In this document: positions 62,185-64,000 of the stretch, one piece after another
Layout of the letters: every line of letters begins with the position of its first letter
Numbering within the stretch: the first letter of the stretch is position 1
Assembly: GCA_027593235.1 (NCBI GenBank)
Contig: JAQCIU010000005.1
Location: 1 to 64,000 of the forward strand
Direction: 5' to 3'
From: Chloroflexota bacterium
GTDB taxonomy: Bacteria; Chloroflexota; Dehalococcoidia; UBA2979
DNA: 64,000 nt
Translations under genes and position numbers: made by a program
Notes under the pieces: model-generated
What the model saw: the letters and a program-made list of their open reading frames with translations, nothing else
Told to the model about the DNA's origin: nothing
The model's database searches: none

Positions 62185-62706
62185 ATGGCTAGCCTCAGCG
62201 CGCCCGACTTCGAGGAGTTGCAGGCACAGGCCGCAAGCGTGGTCGCGCGCATGACCGCCCGAGGGCTGCGTCTCGCTACCGCGGAATCCACGGTCGGCGG
62301 GTTGATCGGCTTCACGCTCACCTCGGTGCCGGGTGCCTCGAAGGCCTTCATCGGCGGCATCACGGCTTACGGCGGCGGCTCGAAGACCTCGCTGCTCCAC
62401 GTGCCGGAGGCGACCCTGCGCGAGCACGGATCGGTCGCCGCGCCGACCGTCGCCGCGATGGCGCGCGGCGCCCGCGAGGCATTCGGCGTCGACCTCGCCG
62501 TCGCCGAGTCCGGCATCGCCAGCCCAACCCAGAACAGCGAGCGGCCGGGCGGCCTGTATTACATTGGCCTCATCGCCGAGGACTTCGAGCGCGTCGAGCG
62601 CCACGAGTTCGCCGGCGATCGGGTCGCGACGATGCAACAGGCCACCGCCGCGGCGCTCAGCCTGATCGACGCCTACCTCGACGAGAGCGAGCGTCGGGCC
62701 GGCTAA
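62185..62706 (+). CDS. CinA C-terminal/PncC NMN deamidase family
   Basis: ATAESTVGG, VPGAS, HGSVA...MARG, SGIA. Confidence 0.88.
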   Translation: MASLSAPDFEELQAQAASVVARMTARGLRLATAESTVGGLIGFTLTSVPGASKAFIGGITAYGGGSKTSLLHVPEATLREHGSVAAPTVAAMARGAREAFGVDLAVAESGIASPTQNSERPGGLYYIGLIAEDFERVERHEFAGDRVATMQQATAAALSLIDAYLDESERRAG

Positions 62707-62736
62707 CGCGCTGGCCCACGACATGCGGGGGTTCCG

Positions 62737-63741
62737 ATGACGCAAGAAGAACGCGGCCCGGTCTACGCGCCCGAACTCACGGGCGGCGAATGGCTACAGG
62801 GCGGACCGATCGCAATCCGCGGATCCGGCAAGCCCGTCCTCATCGACTTCTGGGACTACACCTGCGTGAACTGCCTGCGCACGCTCCCCTACGTCACCGA
62901 ATGGCACCGCCGCTACGCGGAGTTCGGACTCCAGATCGTCGGCGTCCACACACCGGAGTTCTCGTTCGCGAAGAACCCGGACCACGTCCGTCGCGCGATC
63001 GCCGCGCAGGCGATCGACTACCCCGTGATTCTCGATGCCGACAAGACGATCTGGCAGGCCTATGCCAACCGTTACTGGCCCGCCAAGTACTTCATCAACG
63101 TCGAAGGACGAATCCAGGCGCGGCACTACGGCGAAGGCGCCTACGGCGACTCCGAACAACTGATCCAGGCGTTGCTCTCACAGCAGGAAGGCTTCAACGC
63201 CGCGCTGCCCGAGATCATGGAGCCGATCCGTGGCGAGGATGCGCCCGGCGCCGTCTGCTACCGCGTCACCCCGGAGCTGTACTGCGGCCTCCAACGAGGC
63301 GCGATCGGCAACGTCCTCGGCATCGCGCCGGAGCAGCCCGCCACCTACGTCGATCCCGGCAAGCACGTCCAGGGGATGCTGTACTTCGAGGGCGACTGGA
63401 TCCTCCAGGGCGAGAGCGCCGCGCGCCCGTACGGCGCGCGGAAGACGAGCCGCATCCACCTCGATTACATGGCCGCTGATGTCAATCTCGTCCTCCACCC
63501 GCCGCTCACCGGCGGGCCGGCGGAGCTACGGGTCCTCCTCGACGGCGCACCGATCGAGGCCACGGCCGGCACCGACGTCACCAACGGTGTCGTGCACGTG
63601 GATGTCCCGAGGATGTACAACCTCGTGGCGGACGGCGATGTCGACCACCATTCACTCGTCCTCGAGACGAACGCGGACGGTCTGGCCGCATTCGCGTTCA
63701 CGTTCACCTCGTGCGTCACCCCGCCACCTGAGGAGGCCTGA
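62737..63741 (+). CDS. DipZ-like redoxin (thioredoxin plus C-terminal domain, no CcdA membrane part)
   Basis: DFWDYTCVNCLRTLP, GVHTPEF, NRYWPAKY, TPELY, PRMYNLV, AFTF. Confidence 0.88.
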   Translation: MTQEERGPVYAPELTGGEWLQGGPIAIRGSGKPVLIDFWDYTCVNCLRTLPYVTEWHRRYAEFGLQIVGVHTPEFSFAKNPDHVRRAIAAQAIDYPVILDADKTIWQAYANRYWPAKYFINVEGRIQARHYGEGAYGDSEQLIQALLSQQEGFNAALPEIMEPIRGEDAPGAVCYRVTPELYCGLQRGAIGNVLGIAPEQPATYVDPGKHVQGMLYFEGDWILQGESAARPYGARKTSRIHLDYMAADVNLVLHPPLTGGPAELRVLLDGAPIEATAGTDVTNGVVHVDVPRMYNLVADGDVDHHSLVLETNADGLAAFAFTFTSCVTPPPEEA

Positions 63742-63742
63742 C

Positions 63743-64000
63743 ATGCCCAGCGCAGCAATCAACGGCATCGAGCTGTTCTACGACGAGCAGAACCCCCACG
63801 AGCACAGCGAGACCGTCGTCTTCCTGCATGGCGCCGCCGGGAACCACGTCTCCTGGTGGCAGCAGGTGCCGGTGTTCCGCGAGCGCTACCGCTGCATCTC
63901 GATCGACCACCGCGGCTTCGGTCGCTCCGAGGATCCCCAGAAAGAGGGCGCCGCGCGTTTCGTCGATGACCTCGAGGCGCTCCTCGACGCGCTGGGCGTC
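63743..64000 (+). CDS. Alpha/beta hydrolase (partial, runs off the window)
   Basis: GAGGAGG RBS; INGIELFY, VFLHG, SWWQQ, DHRGFGRS. Confidence 0.85.
   Translation, partial: MPSAAINGIELFYDEQNPHEHSETVVFLHGAAGNHVSWWQQVPVFRERYRCISIDHRGFGRSEDPQKEGAARFVDDLEALLDALGV

Overview
High-GC (roughly 70% by eye), gene-dense chromosomal window with about 63 protein-coding genes. I found no rRNA, tRNA, CRISPR array, transposase or phage genes. The gene content suggests an aerobic Chloroflexota (Dehalococcoidia/Tepidiformales-like) or a similar terrabacterium; this is inference from the LLM oxidoreductase, family III CoA-transferases, DUF3090, murB and TANNNT leaderless promoters. Recognisable blocks are: a copper operon (HMA fusion-csoR-copA with a palindromic operator); a pterin/one-carbon cluster (mog-NUDIX-folE2, split metH, metF); an amidase-murB-capA block; ilvA, ilvD, pyrC and dcd; and many MFS, GNAT and acyl-CoA genes. 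The best candidates for something new are: (1) a CopZ-like HMA domain fused to an unrecognised CxCxC...CCC domain heading the CsoR operon; (2) a secreted Rieske-fold lipoprotein whose two Fe-ligating Cys are both Asp, split by a +1 shift at a T4 run; (3) a 950-bp non-coding array of nested hairpin repeats within a strongly G-depleted top-strand zone; (4) a switch-like structured leader upstream of dCTP deaminase; and (5) a recurring -10 hexamer exactly 6 nt before the start codon in nine genes. All calls come from reading the sequence and ORF track; no searches were run.
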